64,000 bases of DNA from a virus (IMGVR_UViG_3300037067_008519:32001-96000), one strand, 5' to 3'; shown: positions 1 through 10,152, counted from the first letter of the stretch. The notes: generated from the letters alone by a model not told the origin. Numbers and translations are program-made.

Positions 1-1
1 T

Positions 2-394
2 GCATCAGATGATGAATTATTAATATATGATACTTCTGTAAGTGCTTATCGCAAAATGACTAGAGCTAATCTGGTGGCTGGAATTGATACTAATCCTGCT
101 GGATCTGATACTTTTGTGCAATATAACGATGGTGGATCTGCTTTAGGTGGGAGTGCTAATTTTACATTTGATGATGCCACAAATAAACTAACCATCAATG
201 GACCATTTTCGCATTCCGGTTCTTCATTAGGGTTTTTTGCTGCGAATCCTGCAGTTAGGTCTACTGGTTGGGCAGTAACAAATGCTAATGCGGATAAAGT
301 TTATGATGCTAATGCGACTTCTATTAATGAGCTGGCAGATATTTTAGGAACGTTAATTACAGATTTGGTAACTTATGGTTTGTTAGGAGCTTAA
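2..394 (+). CDS. Tail-fibre/virion accessory protein, 5'-partial
   Basis: Frame is open from base 2, upstream of the ATG at 56. The VQYNDGG..GGSANFTFD and 'LITDLVTYGLL' segments are typical of phage fibre proteins. Confidence 0.55.
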   Translation, partial: ASDDELLIYDTSVSAYRKMTRANLVAGIDTNPAGSDTFVQYNDGGSALGGSANFTFDDATNKLTINGPFSHSGSSLGFFAANPAVRSTGWAVTNANADKVYDANATSINELADILGTLITDLVTYGLLGA

Positions 395-1069
395 ATGTCT
401 AATCTTGGAGATGCACTATCTAATGCCCCTTTACCCGAAGAGGCGGGAGGTACGGATAATACAACTTTTAGTAGTGGGAAGTTTCTTGCTTATGATGGGG
501 CTAAAATTGCGTCTTCTTCTTATGACCAAAATAGTTTTGTAACTCCCTCAACTGCCGCAAAAAGGACAATTATTTTAGGCGCGGCTGGCGGTTGGCCTTC
601 AACAACTTCCGGTTGTGCTGATCCTACTAGAGTTGAATATACTACCAATAAACAAAACTTATATATTATGGATTTTGATAAAGATACTGTAGAATATGCT
701 CAATGGACTATTTTTATGCCAGATAGTTATGATGGAGGAACTATTATAGTTAGATTTATTTGGCTAAGTACCACGAATAGTGGAGATGTTGTTTGGAATA
801 TTCAGGGTAGAACTTATGGGGATGGAGAAGCAATAGATCAGGCTTGGGGGGATGTTGTTGCTGTTACCGATACAACTCCTGGTACGGCTGGTCAAATAGC
901 AATTAGTGCTGAGAGTAGCGCAATAACTTTATCAGGAACGCCTGCGCCAGGAGAATTATGCCAGATTAGGGTTTCAAGGAATGCTAGTAATGGTTCTGAT
1001 ACTTTAGCTGCTGATGCAAGGTTGATAGCCATTAAGTTAGAATATGGAATTAATGTATATACAGATTAG
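395..1069 (+). CDS. Putative virion fibre/beta-sandwich protein
   Basis: 224-aa ORF abutting the previous stop. 'MPDSYDGGTI', 'GDVVW' and 'SRNASNGSDTL..DARL' patterns resemble phage fibre head domains. Confidence 0.5.
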   Translation: MSNLGDALSNAPLPEEAGGTDNTTFSSGKFLAYDGAKIASSSYDQNSFVTPSTAAKRTIILGAAGGWPSTTSGCADPTRVEYTTNKQNLYIMDFDKDTVEYAQWTIFMPDSYDGGTIIVRFIWLSTTNSGDVVWNIQGRTYGDGEAIDQAWGDVVAVTDTTPGTAGQIAISAESSAITLSGTPAPGELCQIRVSRNASNGSDTLAADARLIAIKLEYGINVYTD

Positions 1070-1077
1070 AGGATAAT

Positions 1078-1461
1078 ATGGTTGAGATAAGATTGAGTCA
1101 ACAAGAGAAGGATTTTTGGGAACAAATAGCCCTAGAAATTGAAAAGTATGATATTAATAAACTAGATACAAAAAGTTTAAATATATTTTTATCCAAAATG
1201 CCTCTTACAATAATTAATTGTGGACAAAGGGAATTATTGTTTTGGGAACAGCGGGCAATGGCGCAATATACCTATGCAATAAGAGCTATTAGATGGTGGT
1301 TAGGGGATAAAAGTATATTTACTTCTGAGGAATCTCGCATTCTTCGTTGTTCTAAATGTGTAAATTTTAAAGAATGTTCGCAAGATGAAAATGCTATTAA
1401 ATTATGTTTAGATAGTTTGAAAAAAATGGCTGTTAGTTATAGGAGTAATACAATTGCCTAA
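1078..1461 (+). CDS. Hypothetical protein (Cys-rich C-terminus)
   Basis: 127-aa ORF with AGGA upstream and a CSKC..C..C cluster. Confidence 0.5.
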   Translation: MVEIRLSQQEKDFWEQIALEIEKYDINKLDTKSLNIFLSKMPLTIINCGQRELLFWEQRAMAQYTYAIRAIRWWLGDKSIFTSEESRILRCSKCVNFKECSQDENAIKLCLDSLKKMAVSYRSNTIA

Positions 1462-2626
1462 TGGGGTATATCAGCTTAATACAGCAAATGAGCACGATTG
1501 TCAATCTTATTCTGGAGGATATGATAATTCTGGGACATACACTATTGTTGGTAATTTGAATGGTAATGATTATAGAACTTGGTTAAGATATGTTTTAGAT
1601 ATACCGGCAGATGCGGTTATTGATGATGCGAGACTTTATTCTTGGGTAGCGGGTCAGACAGGGAATATTACTGCTAAGGTATATTTGGTAGATGATAATG
1701 ATTGTGATGCTTTTTCTGCTAATCCTAATAGTAGGTCTGTGGTAGGTTCGGGGAATGCTGGTCCTATAACTTGGTCTGGATTAGGTAGCGCAGCGGCGTC
1801 TACTTGGCAGATATCACCCAGTTTAGCAGCGCAGGTACAATATTTTGTTAATGGTAGTTGTACGGGTGGGGGCTATGTTTCAGGACAATATATTGGATTT
1901 AGGATTACCGCTGATGGGGAATCCAATAATATTTACAAACAATTAGTTCAAAGCAACTATGGTTCAGGAATATTAGGTTCTGTTCTTCTTGTTGCCTATC
2001 ATACGGCAAATGGGTATGCTACTAAATTTGTTTCGGTTTCTGCTCAAGGAAATGATACATATAATATTTCTACTGATACTACAAATGATCGCAAGGCTGA
2101 AACCACTCTTATTGCCGGAGAAGATGGTTCGTCAAATCTTAATAGAATATTTTTGCGTTTTAATGCTGGTATACCAGCTAATGCTACTATTCAGGATGCT
2201 TATTTAATAAGTTTTGCAGCATCTACTGCAAGTGCTGCCTTTACTGCCTCTCTTGCTACTATTGATGATGAATCTGTATTTTTAGGAAATGTTTATACAA
2301 GAGGATTGATTGCAGGACAGACGGCGGTTAATTGGTCTTGTGATGGAACTTGGGCTATTAATGGGTATCATATTACTCCCCCATTTCCTAATCCTATTCA
2401 ATATAGAGTTAATCAGGCAGACTATAACCCAATAGGTGAAAATCCTTATATTGGAATAAGGATTGGTGAAGGCGATGCCAATGCCAAGAATGAAATGATT
2501 ACACTAGCATCTTATGACCACACAACTTTGGAATCCCCGGTATTTATTGTTTATTATTATGCGAAACCTTTACGGAGAATATCTGTTTCTGGTGGGGCGG
2601 CTTATGGGAACCCAGCATTTTATTAA
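1454..2626 (+). CDS. Virion protein with two tandem DNRLRE/CBM-like domains
   Basis: The pattern 'R.(W/F)LR(Y/F)...IPA.A.I.DA.L' occurs twice. Confidence 0.55.
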   Translation: MPNGVYQLNTANEHDCQSYSGGYDNSGTYTIVGNLNGNDYRTWLRYVLDIPADAVIDDARLYSWVAGQTGNITAKVYLVDDNDCDAFSANPNSRSVVGSGNAGPITWSGLGSAAASTWQISPSLAAQVQYFVNGSCTGGGYVSGQYIGFRITADGESNNIYKQLVQSNYGSGILGSVLLVAYHTANGYATKFVSVSAQGNDTYNISTDTTNDRKAETTLIAGEDGSSNLNRIFLRFNAGIPANATIQDAYLISFAASTASAAFTASLATIDDESVFLGNVYTRGLIAGQTAVNWSCDGTWAINGYHITPPFPNPIQYRVNQADYNPIGENPYIGIRIGEGDANAKNEMITLASYDHTTLESPVFIVYYYAKPLRRISVSGGAAYGNPAFY

Positions 2627-2638
2627 AGGAGAAGGAAA

Positions 2639-3037
2639 ATGGAAAAGATAGTATTGAAAGAAGCCCAAACACAAACTCTTCATAATTACTTTTTGGAAAA
2701 AGAAAAAGCAAAAAATAAAGTGATAGATTTCTTGGATTATTTGAAAGATGAATATGATTTAGATGATGATTTTGAAATTGCAAATGGAATGATAGCTTTA
2801 GTTAAAGGATGTAAAGTTCAAATCTTAACTCCCAAACAGACCGAATTATTGAAAGACAAAGTGATTGAAATGAATCATTTTGTGAATATGCTAAATGGTT
2901 TTATTAATTATCTAAATTTGGAATATAACTCAGATGCTAGTTATCAACTAGATATAAATAATGGTTATTTTTTTAGAAATAAAGAAATGAAGGAAGAGAA
3001 AAATGTTAAGGACAGTAAGAGCAAATCAAGAAATTAA
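2639..3037 (+). CDS. Hypothetical protein (internal two-fold repeat)
   Basis: AAGGAG RBS. The halves 'Q...L.....E......DF.DYL..EY' and 'Q...L.....E......GF.NYL..EY' resemble each other. Confidence 0.55.
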   Translation: MEKIVLKEAQTQTLHNYFLEKEKAKNKVIDFLDYLKDEYDLDDDFEIANGMIALVKGCKVQILTPKQTELLKDKVIEMNHFVNMLNGFINYLNLEYNSDASYQLDINNGYFFRNKEMKEEKNVKDSKSKSRN

Positions 3038-3470
3038 ATCCCAGTTTTCTATTTTTGATATTGATGGATATACTAAAATTTCAGGGGAAGCTGAGAATTG
3101 CGTAGCAACTTTGTGGAAAGACGGAGAATTATCTGGAGAAGAGATTGCTGTTAGTGAAATCGGAACTTCAGGAGAATATTTAGTTTCGTTTACCCCGACT
3201 TCCGCAGGAATTTGGATATTGGAAATAAAAGATCCAACAAACAGAATTTGGAAATCAGAAATTGAAGTTAGATTAGTAGATTTAGATAGTGTTGCATCAG
3301 ATTTATTAATCATCAAAAAAATTGAAACAGGAAGATGGAGGATAAATTCTGTGGATAACACCATGACCTTTTATGATGAGGATGGAGAAACAGAACTGTT
3401 TAAATTTAATCTAAAAGACGCTTCTGGTGCTGCTTCAGCTACAGAGGTTTTTGAAAGGATTCCTGAATAA
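3003..3470 (+). CDS. Putative virion protein (Ig-like N-terminus)
   Basis: 'SGEYLVSFTP..G.W' Ig-like strand pattern and the 'GRWRI....MTFYDEDG..LFKFNL.D' tail common in phage structural ORFs. Confidence 0.5.
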   Translation: MLRTVRANQEIKSQFSIFDIDGYTKISGEAENCVATLWKDGELSGEEIAVSEIGTSGEYLVSFTPTSAGIWILEIKDPTNRIWKSEIEVRLVDLDSVASDLLIIKKIETGRWRINSVDNTMTFYDEDGETELFKFNLKDASGAASATEVFERIPE

Positions 3471-3836
3471 ATGAAAGATAAGAAAATTTCTTTAAAAGAA
3501 TATTTTGATATGCGTATAGAACTTATTTATGCCCGTATACTAACAATGATTGAAGATATAGACAGGAGAACTTTGGTTGCAAAAGAATCTATGGAATATC
3601 GTCTTGCTGGTATGAATGAATTTAGAAACAGCATGAAAGATCAAGAGTCCCATTTTGTTCGTAGGCTAGAGATGAAAGCAGAATTGGATTTGATTAAGAA
3701 AGATTTACAAGAATTACGTGATTTTCGTGTAGCGTCACAATCTCTTGCATCGCAGAGAGCGGTTAATATTACTTTATTTATAGCCACATTGGGGATTATC
3801 CTTGGAATCGTGTCTATAATAATACAAATGGTATAA
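3471..3836 (+). CDS. Holin-like membrane protein
   Basis: Coiled-coil N-terminus with one C-terminal hydrophobic helix (ITLFIATLGIILGIVSIII). Confidence 0.45.
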   Translation: MKDKKISLKEYFDMRIELIYARILTMIEDIDRRTLVAKESMEYRLAGMNEFRNSMKDQESHFVRRLEMKAELDLIKKDLQELRDFRVASQSLASQRAVNITLFIATLGIILGIVSIIIQMV

Positions 3837-3837
3837 G

Positions 3838-4050
3838 ATGAACACTACACCACATCTCTCTAAATTAATAACTAGAGGAATGGGAAATGGGCAGTTAGTT
3901 GTTACTAAAGGATTGAGTAATACTTTAGAAATTATTCTTGATGAGGTAAAACTAAGATGGAATTCTTTTGAATTTAGGAACAATAAAATCAATTTTGATA
4001 CATTTATTTATCATCCTAAATTTGAAATAAAAATTACAAAAGATTCATAA
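3838..4050 (+). CDS. Hypothetical protein
   Basis: 70-aa ORF tightly packed between its neighbours. Confidence 0.45.
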   Translation: MNTTPHLSKLITRGMGNGQLVVTKGLSNTLEIILDEVKLRWNSFEFRNNKINFDTFIYHPKFEIKITKDS

Positions 4051-4051
4051 G

Positions 4052-4089
4052 TTGATAATTTTGGAAGATTTAGTGTTAATATAGAGTAG
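4052..4089 (+). promoter_or_regulatory. Conserved 38-bp putative late promoter, copy 1
   Basis: TTGATAATTTTGGAAGATTTAGTGTTAATATAGAGTAG. Same length and consensus as copies at 7523 and 38991. Lies upstream of the portal gene. Confidence 0.75.
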
Positions 4090-4126
4090 AAGGAAGTTTT
4101 TTTCCTTATACCCCTTCGGAGGATAC

Positions 4127-5728
4127 ATGAATACTACAGCAACTACAAAAAATTATGAAGACAAAATAGAACTGTTCAAGAGCATATCTTTGGCTAATGC
4201 AGATGGAAAGCACCAGTTTAGAACTTTAGCAACAAAAGATATGGGCAATACTCAAATGTTGCTTGGTGCTTTTGCTTCTAATATTTCTTCTAATACTCGT
4301 TTAGGAGAACGTTACGGTTTAACATCTCAACAGATTATTAAGATACCCTCTCCGCACGAATTTCATAAAAATGTTGCTTTGGCGCGAGATATTTATTTCC
4401 GAGAAGGTATAGTTAGAACCGCTATTGATAAGATGGTGGATTTTGCTTGTGTGGGTTTTGAGAATAAGGCTAAGAGTTCGAGGGTTAAGAGTTTTTTTGA
4501 CATGCATTGTAAATATGCGGATATGGATAATATTATTAGAAAAATAGTTTGGGAATATTTAGTTTCTGGTGATGTTTTTCTTTATCGTGGGGATAAAACT
4601 ATTGTTGGAAATAGCATTGATACCGGAAAAGCCTTTTATCCTTATACAGTTTTAAACCCCCAGAAGACTCAGGTAGTTGGAAGTCTTTTATTTGATTCAG
4701 AAGCTTTAGCCATAGATCTTAAATCTGATTTAGACAAACTTAAAGAACTCCCTAAAGCAATGCAGGAAAAATTTTTAGCAAATATCCCAAGCCAATTTAA
4801 AAAGTTGTTTTCGCCAAATGGGGAAATTGATAAATCAGTTTTAACTAAAACAGGAAAATTTATTCTTCCTATTGAGAGTACATCTAGAATTAGCAGAAAT
4901 CGCCAAGATTATGATAGATATGGAACTCCCTTCTTAGCAGGAATCTTTGAGCCTATTCTTATTAAAAGACGTTTAAGAGAAATGGATCATGCAACAGCCG
5001 AAGGGATGATTAACACAATAGTCTTGTTCAAATTAGGTAATGATGAATTTCCTGCTGAACCTGTTGAATTGGCGGTTATGCAAAATCTATTAGAAACCAG
5101 TTCTAAGGCTTTTGAATTAGTGTGGACACACACTCTTGAAGTTGAGTTCCTGAATCCGGGTTGGGAAGCATTAGCCCCATCAAAATATGAAGAAGTAGAC
5201 CAAGATATAAAAAATGGTTTAGGAATGCCCCAGATTTTAATTTCTGGAGAAGGGGATGCTACCGCTTCTTGGGTTGGGGTGACGGGGTTTACTATTCAAT
5301 TAGAAAGGATTAACCACGAAATTAAGAGATGGATGGAAGAAGAATACAGAATTATCGCAAATGAGAATGGCTTTAAAGAATCTCCTAAAGTAAGATTTAA
5401 TAAGATTGATTTGCGTGATGATAAGGCGTTTAAGAATGTTGTCCTTCAACTCCGAAATGGCGGTTTACTTGATAACCAAACTGCTTTGGAAGATGCTGGT
5501 TATGATTATGATGATGTTTTACAAAGAAAGAAAGATCAAGAAAAAGATGCGAAATATTTTCAACCTCCAATGTTGCCTTTTAGTGGTAATCCTGCTGGGA
5601 AAGTAACAACTCCTACTAATAGACAAGGCGGTGGCGGCAGGCCACCAGGGGAAGTTTCTCCACCTAGTCCAGAACAAGATAATGTTAAAACTCCCAAAGG
5701 AAAAGAAGGAGATATTGGTGGTAAATAA
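4127..5728 (+). CDS. Portal protein
   Basis: 533 aa, first gene of the head module. 'IVRTAID', 'WEYLVSGDVFLY', 'RYGTPFL', and a C-terminal 'GGRP' low-complexity tail. Confidence 0.8.
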   Translation: MNTTATTKNYEDKIELFKSISLANADGKHQFRTLATKDMGNTQMLLGAFASNISSNTRLGERYGLTSQQIIKIPSPHEFHKNVALARDIYFREGIVRTAIDKMVDFACVGFENKAKSSRVKSFFDMHCKYADMDNIIRKIVWEYLVSGDVFLYRGDKTIVGNSIDTGKAFYPYTVLNPQKTQVVGSLLFDSEALAIDLKSDLDKLKELPKAMQEKFLANIPSQFKKLFSPNGEIDKSVLTKTGKFILPIESTSRISRNRQDYDRYGTPFLAGIFEPILIKRRLREMDHATAEGMINTIVLFKLGNDEFPAEPVELAVMQNLLETSSKAFELVWTHTLEVEFLNPGWEALAPSKYEEVDQDIKNGLGMPQILISGEGDATASWVGVTGFTIQLERINHEIKRWMEEEYRIIANENGFKESPKVRFNKIDLRDDKAFKNVVLQLRNGGLLDNQTALEDAGYDYDDVLQRKKDQEKDAKYFQPPMLPFSGNPAGKVTTPTNRQGGGGRPPGEVSPPSPEQDNVKTPKGKEGDIGGK

Positions 5729-6100
5729 ATGACACCATTAGAAGCAGTAGTAACAGTTTTAGCTACTTTAATTCCGGGGTTAATAACAATTATTATTCTT
5801 TTGATAAGGCAAAGAAGTAGTCGCAGAAAAGATTTAAATGAAAACTGGATACCAAAATCTGTTTATGACATCGAGGTTGAGCGGGGCAAAGAAATATTAA
5901 AACTATATCTTGATTTTTTATCTTGTTTTGATGATTGGTGTTTGTCAACTACCAAAGAATTTGAAAAATTAGATAAACACTTATTAGAGAGCGGGGGAGT
6001 AACGGCGCAAAACTTGGTTTTATTAACTCAGTCTCTTACCGCTCTGAAAGAAACTATGGAAAGATTAATTTTGAGGCTGGTCAATGGGCGAAAAGACTGA
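5729..6100 (+). CDS. Membrane-anchored hypothetical protein
   Basis: N-terminal hydrophobic helix followed by basic RQRSSRRK. Confidence 0.5.
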   Translation: MTPLEAVVTVLATLIPGLITIIILLIRQRSSRRKDLNENWIPKSVYDIEVERGKEILKLYLDFLSCFDDWCLSTTKEFEKLDKHLLESGGVTAQNLVLLTQSLTALKETMERLILRLVNGRKD

Positions 6101-6254
6101 CTCGAAGGAATACCAAGAAATTATTATAAAATTAAAAGATAATGCTAGTTTGGCGAAGAGAATTGCTGAGGAAGCATATGCGTTAGTTTTATTATTAGAA
6201 GATTATGGAAAGGAGGAAGTATCAAAAAATGGGAATAGTAAAAAGAGAACTTGA
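6084..6254 (+). CDS. Small hypothetical protein (56 aa, not in ORF track)
   Basis: ATG at 6084 (MGEKTDSKEY...) to TGA at 6252-6254. Fills the gap and overlaps both neighbours. Confidence 0.3.
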   Translation: MGEKTDSKEYQEIIIKLKDNASLAKRIAEEAYALVLLLEDYGKEEVSKNGNSKKRT

Positions 6255-6996
6255 AAAGACATATATAGATATACCTCTTAAAGCATCTAAGATTAGAGAT
6301 TGTGCGATAGCCTCTGCGAAAGAGAGTCCTGATCTTTTAACTATAGATTTTATTCTTTGTAATGAAGGAGTAAACGGTCGTGGTGATAGATTTAATTCAG
6401 TACAACTTGGCAGTCGTTATTGGACGGCAGAATATAAAGGAATAAATTGGGAGCATAATCAGCCTTTTATTGGTTGTATTAGTAAAGCATCTGTAAAGAC
6501 GAATGGAGAAGGCTTGAAGTATGTCGATTGCCAGGGTAAATTATGGAAATTTATCTATGAAGATTTTACTGATTTGATTTCTCAGGCTATGGCTTCTGAT
6601 AATCCTCAGTATGATGTTGATCTTGCTTTTATTTCTATGGAGGCTTGGTTTCCCACTTACAATATGATTGTTGGAGAATATGAGGAAACTTATCCCAAGG
6701 GGGATGCCTATGCTGAAGAACTTCATGAAAAAAGAGGCACACATTTGGATGACGGTCGTTTAGTTTCTAGAGAATTGCTTGATATAATTTTTGGAGCTGC
6801 TGCTATAACTTCCAGCCCTGCTGATAAGGGTGCTCTGATTAAAAGTGCCGCCTCAAAACGTAGTATTGAGGAATACCACGAATATCTTCATGCAGTTTAT
6901 TCTGGCAAAAGACAGTCTCCGTTTAAACCTGAAGAAATTATAGAAGAGCATACTAGACTCCATAAACAGAATCCAGAAAAATTTTTAAGGGAATAA
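6229..6996 (+). CDS. Prohead (capsid maturation) protease
   Basis: Start at 6229 after AGGAGG. Motifs 'N.RGD.F', 'INWEH', 'ISMEAW' and 'F.AAAIT..PAD' fit herpes/HK97-type prohead proteases. Confidence 0.7.
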   Translation: MGIVKRELEKTYIDIPLKASKIRDCAIASAKESPDLLTIDFILCNEGVNGRGDRFNSVQLGSRYWTAEYKGINWEHNQPFIGCISKASVKTNGEGLKYVDCQGKLWKFIYEDFTDLISQAMASDNPQYDVDLAFISMEAWFPTYNMIVGEYEETYPKGDAYAEELHEKRGTHLDDGRLVSRELLDIIFGAAAITSSPADKGALIKSAASKRSIEEYHEYLHAVYSGKRQSPFKPEEIIEEHTRLHKQNPEKFLRE

Positions 6997-6999
6997 AAA

Positions 7000-7494
7000 T
7001 TGGAAAAAGAATTATATTGGGCAGCGGGGTTTTTTGATGGAGAAGGCTGGTGTGGATTACATAAAAATGGGGGGTTTTTGTATCCGTATATAGCAGTTGC
7101 ACAAATAAATAAAGAACCTCTAGAAAGATTTCAGAAAGTTTTTGATGTGGGCAACATTACTGGTCCAAGGATAAAGGCTAAATATCCAAACAGCAAACCA
7201 ATCTATCAATACAGGGTTAGTAGAATTGAGGATACTTTGTTTGTTTTAGCAAAATTGTTGCCTGTTGTGTGTCGTGTGAAAAGGGAGCAGATTTTAAATA
7301 CGGTTGAAGGGATGAAAATAGGAAAAGGTTCTGGTTCAAATATGAAAAGAGAAAAGTATTGTAAAAAAGGACATCTTTTAGAGGGAGAAAATATAATATG
7401 GCTTAATGATAAAAGAGGAAAAGATGGGAAAAATCGAAGGTGTAGGGTTTGTACGAGAGAATATGATAGAATTCAGTATGCTAATAAAAAATAA
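7000..7494 (+). mobile_element. Free-standing LAGLIDADG homing endonuclease with C-terminal Cys/His DNA-binding domain
   Basis: 'WAAGFFDGEG' LAGLIDADG helix and C-terminal 'CKKGH...RRCRVC'. Confidence 0.8.
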
Positions 7495-7522
7495 AATTTA
7501 AAATTTTGATAAGATATAAAAG

Positions 7523-7560
7523 TTGATAATTTTTAAATATTTAGTGTTAATATAGAGTAG
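7523..7560 (+). promoter_or_regulatory. Conserved 38-bp putative late promoter, copy 2
   Basis: TTGATAATTTTTAAATATTTAGTGTTAATATAGAGTAG upstream of the scaffold/capsid genes. Confidence 0.75.
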
Positions 7561-7607
7561 GGAATAATTTTATTGAACAACAATATGTATGAAAGGGGGT
7601 CTTATGT

Positions 7608-8735
7608 TTGGATAAGAAATTAGAAAAGAATTTAGATGACACTCTTCCTGATGAAAACCGCTCCGAAGCTTCTACCTCAGACGAAAAAGATTTAATGCTT
7701 TTAGCTCTTGAATCCAACAATTTTTCTTTTGATGAAATTAGACAAAAAGTTTCTGTTGTTTTAAAGGAAAAATTTGGAAGTAACATGAATGATGAACTTT
7801 CTTATGTTTGGATAGTAGATATGTATGATGATTATTGTATCTACGAAAAAGGTCTTGAGGATTATTTTAAAGTATCTTATGTGTTAGAAGATTCTGGAGA
7901 AGTTACTTTAGGGGATTCAAAGGAAGTTATTAGAGAGATAGTTTATAGACCGGTTAGTGCGGAAGCTGCAAAGAGAAAGCCAAAACCTAAAGGTAAATGG
8001 GAAGATATACCAGCTCAGTTGATGGGAGATCCAAAAAATAATGCTTTTCCTCTAGATACAGAATCCCGTGCGAATGCTGCGATTAGATATTTAGTTAAAT
8101 ATTTTAATAATCCTTCTGATAAGGGAGTTACTGCCGGATATAGTGAAGCTGATTTTAAGAAAGTGCACAATAAAATTGTTAAAGTTATGAAAAACAAATA
8201 CCACATAGAGCACGGTGGTTGTGATATTTGCCAAAAAAATAGAAAGGGGGCCGCATCATTGGACGAGAATAAAGAAGAGAAGACTAAGGCTGAGGAGCCG
8301 AAGGTTGATGATAGTGTAATTGCTTCTTTAACTGAAGAGATTAAATCTTTGAAAGATGCTAAGGCTAGTGATGAAGCTACGATTAAAGAATTAACTGAAA
8401 AGGTTGCTACTTATGCCGCAAAAGAAAAGTTGGATACTCGTAAAGCTACATTAGCTAGTAAGGGTGTTGAGATTTCTGAAGAGAAGATGGAAGCTCTGGC
8501 TAATCTAGAAGATAGTGCATTTGATCTTTTTGTGGAACTTATGCCTGAGAAGGCTGAGGCTTCCGAGGAAGAAGAGAAAAATGAGAAAGAGACGGATAAG
8601 ACAGAGGCTTCTAAGAAAGAAGAAGAGTCTGAGAAAAAGCTTACTCCTGAAGAGGTAGCACAAGCTAAGGCTTCGATTAATTTGGAGAATACGGAAAAAT
8701 CTCTAGTCGAAAAATTTATTGAGATGCAGAGATAG
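7608..8735 (+). CDS. Capsid scaffold-like protein with DUF6582-like insert
   Basis: Lies before the decoration and capsid genes. Acidic coiled-coil C-terminus and central 'FPLDTESRANAAIRY' motif. Confidence 0.6.
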   Translation: MDKKLEKNLDDTLPDENRSEASTSDEKDLMLLALESNNFSFDEIRQKVSVVLKEKFGSNMNDELSYVWIVDMYDDYCIYEKGLEDYFKVSYVLEDSGEVTLGDSKEVIREIVYRPVSAEAAKRKPKPKGKWEDIPAQLMGDPKNNAFPLDTESRANAAIRYLVKYFNNPSDKGVTAGYSEADFKKVHNKIVKVMKNKYHIEHGGCDICQKNRKGAASLDENKEEKTKAEEPKVDDSVIASLTEEIKSLKDAKASDEATIKELTEKVATYAAKEKLDTRKATLASKGVEISEEKMEALANLEDSAFDLFVELMPEKAEASEEEEKNEKETDKTEASKKEEESEKKLTPEEVAQAKASINLENTEKSLVEKFIEMQR

Positions 8736-8773
8736 ACATTTAAAAGAAATAAAAAAGGAGGTTTATATTTTAG

Positions 8774-9223
8774 ATGAGTGTTAATAGTCCAAACTTGTTT
8801 GTTGGTACATATGAACCCCATGAAATAGTCATCTTCTATAAGGCTGGCGAAGTCATGGAAGAGATGATGCTAGTTAAGATGGATTCTGATGGGAAACTAA
8901 AGAAAGCTATTACGGGTGAAACCCCGTTTGGTTTTGTTACCCAGGATGTGACTTTAACTGGTATTACTGACCAGACCGCTATTAATGGGTTGATTAGTCG
9001 TGTAGCAGCGGTTAATGCGTATGTGGGTCTTTACATGGGAACTGGTGTTCTCAAAACTGATAAATACTATGAGACGAGTGGTTCAATTGCCGCCGGTGAC
9101 CTTCTGTATCCTCACGCTTCTGGTGGGTATATCTGCAATTCGCAGCAAGGTTCCGATTCTCCGGTAGGTGTCGCTGATGCCGCCGCTTCTGGTGGAGTTA
9201 TTAGGTTTAAGAGCTTAGTTTAA
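8774..9223 (+). CDS. Capsid decoration/cement protein
   Basis: 149 aa directly before the MCP gene. 'GDLLY...G' beta-tulip-like pattern, strong GGAGG RBS, T-ending codon bias. Confidence 0.65.
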   Translation: MSVNSPNLFVGTYEPHEIVIFYKAGEVMEEMMLVKMDSDGKLKKAITGETPFGFVTQDVTLTGITDQTAINGLISRVAAVNAYVGLYMGTGVLKTDKYYETSGSIAAGDLLYPHASGGYICNSQQGSDSPVGVADAAASGGVIRFKSLV

Positions 9224-9258
9224 ATAAAAATATATAATTGATGGGAGGTAAAAATTTA

Positions 9259-10152
9259 GTGGATAATGAGAAAATGAGTAATGAAGAAAAAGCTGAACTC
9301 TTTCGTCAGACTATGGCGAGTGATGAAGCACGTAAGGCGTATGCTCAGTCTTGGGCAACCCTTATTTTAGAGCAACTTCCCGCTGAATCTACAGTTAGGA
9401 GTATTTATACGGTAGAAGATTTGCCGGTTGGTGGAGCTTCCACTTATCAGAAAGATTTTCCGTATGTTGATGCTTGGATTATGCCCGCTTTGGGTTCATT
9501 TCCTCAGAACTTACTGCACAGTGAAGAGGTTACTATTGTAACTTTTGAGATTGTTGGTAATGTTGAGTATCGAATTACTCTTGCTAGGGATGGTCGTTTT
9601 GATGTTGCTGGTAGGGCGCGTCAGCGTTTGATGGATTCTTTTGTTGATGCAGAGGAGGACAATGGTTGGCCCGTAATCAAGGCTGCTATTACTTCCGATA
9701 CTACCGTTACGGCTAGTGATTTTAATACCGGTACTGAAACTGGTCTTACCAAAGCCGTTCTTAATGCCGTTTGGGTTAAGATGGAAGAGCGTAGAGATTA
9801 TAAGGTTACTGGTATTTTTGTTCCTGCTGCCCGTAAGGGTGAGGTACGTATGTGGGAAGCCACTACGATTGACCCCGTAACTCAGCGTGAGATTTTCGTG
9901 GGTGCTGGTCTTGAGGGTCTGTGGAATGCGGAACTCCGTTTGACTCATCGTATTGATGATAATGAGGGTTATGCATTTGATGGTCGTCCTGGTCTGCTTG
10001 GCTATATGCCAATTAGAGAGGCATTGAGTACCTTTGATGATGTTACTGCTCCGTTGCGTAGGCGCTATGGCGTATGTGGGGTAGAAGAGGTCGGCTGGGG
10101 AATTCTAAACCCTGACAGAGAAATCAAGATTGATTTCGATGATATAAGTTAG
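9259..10152 (+). CDS. Major capsid protein (HK97-like fold)
   Basis: About 300 aa in the expected position. Strong GGT/CGT codon bias and 'E.VGWGILNP' C-terminal strand. GTG start after GGGAGGT (track start 9238). Confidence 0.75.
   Translation: MDNEKMSNEEKAELFRQTMASDEARKAYAQSWATLILEQLPAESTVRSIYTVEDLPVGGASTYQKDFPYVDAWIMPALGSFPQNLLHSEEVTIVTFEIVGNVEYRITLARDGRFDVAGRARQRLMDSFVDAEEDNGWPVIKAAITSDTTVTASDFNTGTETGLTKAVLNAVWVKMEERRDYKVTGIFVPAARKGEVRMWEATTIDPVTQREIFVGAGLEGLWNAELRLTHRIDDNEGYAFDGRPGLLGYMPIREALSTFDDVTAPLRRRYGVCGVEEVGWGILNPDREIKIDFDDIS

Noticed and set aside
3838-4141. Shared MNTT start of the 70-aa ORF and the portal as a duplication scar
   Set aside because: Only four residues with no further similarity; probably chance.
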